Below the pieces are notes generated by a model. The model did not search any database. It was not told the origin of the DNA and saw only the letters and a program-made list of their open reading frames with translations. DNA of 64,000 bases from the human T2T-CHM13v2.0 reference genome, Homo sapiens. The stretch is from NCBI RefSeq assembly GCF_009914755.1, contig NC_060927.1. The stretch is one strand, 5' to 3'. A program made the position numbers and the translations under genes. Below, one piece after another: positions 60,975-64,000 of the stretch. Position 1 is the first letter of the stretch, and each line of letters starts with the position of its first letter.

Positions 60975-61252
60975 CAGTGTTTCTCAAACTAGGGTATCTA
61001 CTTTCAGAGTTCCTAAGTGCTCTGAAGAGTTTTAAATTTTGGATGTAAATTTCAATGATGTTAAAATATTTTAGCAGTTATAAAGACAGAACTCTTTGCA
61101 GTTAAACATTTTCATAGACTAGAACTTCAGTTCCTTACGTTGGCGTTGCTCCAGTATGGGTCTGTGAACTTCTGGGAATTCACAGATGGGATCTGTGAGA
61201 ATTGCTTTTCCTTTCAAGAGGTTTGCTCATTACACGGGTTTGGGAGACACTT
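60975..61252. mobile_element. hAT-Charlie-type MITE (family not assigned)
   Basis: TIR CAGTGTTTCTCAAACT at 60975-60990 and inverted GGTTTGGGAGACACTT at 61237-61252. Confidence 0.55.
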
Positions 61253-62549
61253 CGCAAGAACTAGATGGGTGTGAGCCTTTTCAGCCCCAGTGCCATGGTT
61301 GCCAAGGTGCTGGGGACCCAGAGATCTGGGTTCTAGCCTTGGTCACTTGACCACTGGTGCCTCAGTTTCTCCACGTGAAAATTCACTCACTCTTTTCCAC
61401 TTTGCAGCGTCCTCTCTGTCAGGCCTGTGCTGGCTGCTGCTAGGGGTAGGAGATGAACAAGGCCAAGCTGGTGAAGGTGCCAAACGTGGCACCCTTCTGT
61501 CTGACAATTCAAGGCAGAGGGGAGATAAAGGCTATGGGGGTCCAGCAGAGGAAGAGGTCACTTCTGCCTGCTGGGTGCAGTGGGGCTTTGCAGCAGAACT
61601 GGCTTTGAGCTAGGCCTTGAGATGGGGCCACAGCAGGCAAGGAGGCCAGCCCTCCAGGCAGAGAGGGTGGGTGAAGCGGACCGGCTGCGACAGGCTTGTG
61701 GGGAGAGTCAGGGTGTGATGTATATTTAGGGAACTGGACCTGTAGCCAAAGGACCTGAGAGATCATCTCAGCCAACTCTTTAGGATTTAGGGGAATGTCA
61801 GGAGGCTGAATTGGCTCAAGGGCCTCGTCAAGATCACACAGCCAGCTGGGGGCCCTGCTGAGAACAAGGAGGTAGGCAAGATGTTTTTCCATCTGGAGCT
61901 GAGCTCCCAGCCTCAGGAATGTTTCGGGGGGTCCAGCCCATGTTGGCAACCCCCTCTTCCACCACCCACTCCATGAAGCCTAACACAGGCTCTGCAACCC
62001 ACCGTCTCTCCTGCCCCCAAGGCTACTGAGGCCCACAGACCTGGGGGGCGTTTTCATCTGATTTTCACTCAAGGAAACAGCCACATCCTGACGGAAGCCA
62101 AGTTGGAGGGAGGTCTTTAGCTCACCCTTCCCAGCCCCCTAGTTCTTGGGGGTTGGGGCGGGGCTCTGATAGCCTTCAGTTAACAGGGGAGGAAGCTTCC
62201 AGGCTTAGGCAGACAGCCTGCCTCCACCAAGCCCCAGGAGCCTTCTCTTCTTGGCTGTGGGGGACTCTCAGGTTGGGCCCACCCCTTTGGGTCTAGAGAA
62301 AAGTCTCCCCTCACACAGGCCTCTCAGGGCCCATATCTAGTCATCCTGTGTGGGCAGAGAGGGGCTCACTGCCCCAGGACTAACTGGATAGTGACCACCA
62401 GAACGAGGCTGGGCCCAAAATCTTGTACCCGCTTCTCTCAGCTAAGACATGGAAAGAACAGGCTAGTGTGAGCGGCCATCACAGATGCCAGGCAGGAGGG
62501 CTGTGAAGCCCAGATTTACCATCGCTAGCCTGGGTTTGCTTGCTGCTGC

Positions 62550-62940
62550 CATGACCACCACCGACCACCACCATTGTCACATTTCCGTTTCTACCACCAT
62601 CACTGTTTCCATCTCTACCATCGCTATCTTCATCTCAACCACCCTCTCTGTCTCCACTATTATCACCACCTCCACACCCACCACCATCAGCATCTCTATC
62701 ACCATCATCTCCACCTCAACCATCACCTCCAGCTCCACCGTCATCACTATGCACCGCCCCTGCCGCCTCCACCATAACCACTGCTTCCATCTTTACTACC
62801 ATCACCAACTACCTCCGCCAGTATCACTACCGGCATCTTCATCCAACAACTGCCCTCTCTGCCATCATCACCACCTCCACCAGTATCACTACCTTCATGA
62901 CAATTATCACCACCATTTCTACCACCACTGCCCCTCTTAC
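62550..62940. repeat. Degenerate (CAC/CAT)n trinucleotide repeat
   Basis: Yields His/Thr/Ile low-complexity ORFs in several frames. Confidence 0.9.
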
Positions 62941-64000
62941 CTCCCCTGACACGTCTAACCACCGCCAGCACAGTACCCCACCCACCCCAACCTCTGTCCA
63001 TTCGAATCCATCCATGCTACCTATAACATAAAGAACTGCCATTTGGGCTAACCCTTCAACCTCTTTTCATTTGCCCAACCCCAGAAAGGCCAACTATAGA
63101 CCCCATTTCTCCAGTTTCTCTTTTGAGACTTCTCTTGGAAGATGAAATGAAATGCCTTGCTCTTGAAGTTGAGGAAGATTATGTGTCTCTTGCCGTTCTT
63201 GATTTACCAGGCCCAACATTCTGTCCTAGAAGGAAATTGGATTACTCTGACAGAATGTATTCTTTGGAAAGCAGTGCTGGTTATTACCTAATTCCTTATG
63301 ACCTAGTGTTTGCAGATTGATTTTTTGACGACGTGTCCCAGTAGTTTTCTATTATAGCAGTTTGGTGGATAGGCCCAGCACTTGCAGAGGCATCTGCTTT
63401 CCCCCAGGTTTGGAAAGAGGCAGGGACCGGCTGCCTGGGTCTCTTGTCTCCAGGCCCCTCACCAGTTCTCCATAAATCCCCTCAGAGTGAGAGCTAGTGA
63501 TTGGATTCCAATGTGGGCCAATTTCTTAAGTACCTAAGCATGTAAGTCATCAGGGCCTGTGGATGGGAATACACAAGTTCTTTCCTTATCCCCCTGGCTT
63601 CCTGCCTGCTCGTGATTCCACATGGTGCCTCTTTCAGTTTTCAGATCACAGCTGACCTTTTTAGGCTAAGAAAAAATTAAAAGGCTCTGCTTTTTCAGTG
63701 TCGTTGCTTATAGGCTTTCTCTCCCCAGCGAAAAACGTGCCAGCAATCCCCTTATCCCCTTTCTTTGGCCCATTATAGTTAGCAAATGTTTTTCTCATTC
63801 TTTTGCCGCCTTGTGCAAGTTATATCCCATTTCTTTTCTGAACAAGTTTTCTGATTTTATCTCCACAGCCTTTTTTTTTTTTTTTTTTTTTTTTTGTATT
63901 TCTTTGTGTGTACCCCTCCTTCGGAACCTGCCCTAATTTCCACTTTCTTTGGCTTGTCCGTTATCATTTTAATTCTCCGGGAAGCTTTCTGCATAACTAA

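Noticed and set aside
62485-63042. His/Thr-rich ORFs
   Set aside because: Translation of the degenerate (CAC/CAT)n repeat

Overview
Human (or great-ape) genomic DNA containing the complete 16-exon EPHB3 receptor tyrosine kinase gene on the + strand. The spliced CDS runs from ATG 13723 to TGA 33113, totals 2997 nt (998 aa), has all GT-AG introns and a poly(A) signal at 33881. The window also holds a CpG-island promoter, a motif-dense upstream enhancer at about -2.3 kb, four further CpG islands (intron 1, just 3' of the gene, and a pair at 53-56 kb), 14 Alu copies or fragments, ancient MIR/L2/L1 and hAT-transposon relics, and simple repeats. I found no new gene family or self-contained system. 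The best leads are non-canonical uses of EPHB3 itself: a fully open AUG-free 5'UTR in frame with the CDS, two stop-free 3n introns in the kinase domain, in-frame alternative splice sites at the extracellular stalk, a (GU)12(GC)7(GU)5 element in the 3'UTR, and a 565-codon antisense ORF over the intron-1 CpG island. Literature and reference comparisons are from memory and unverified.
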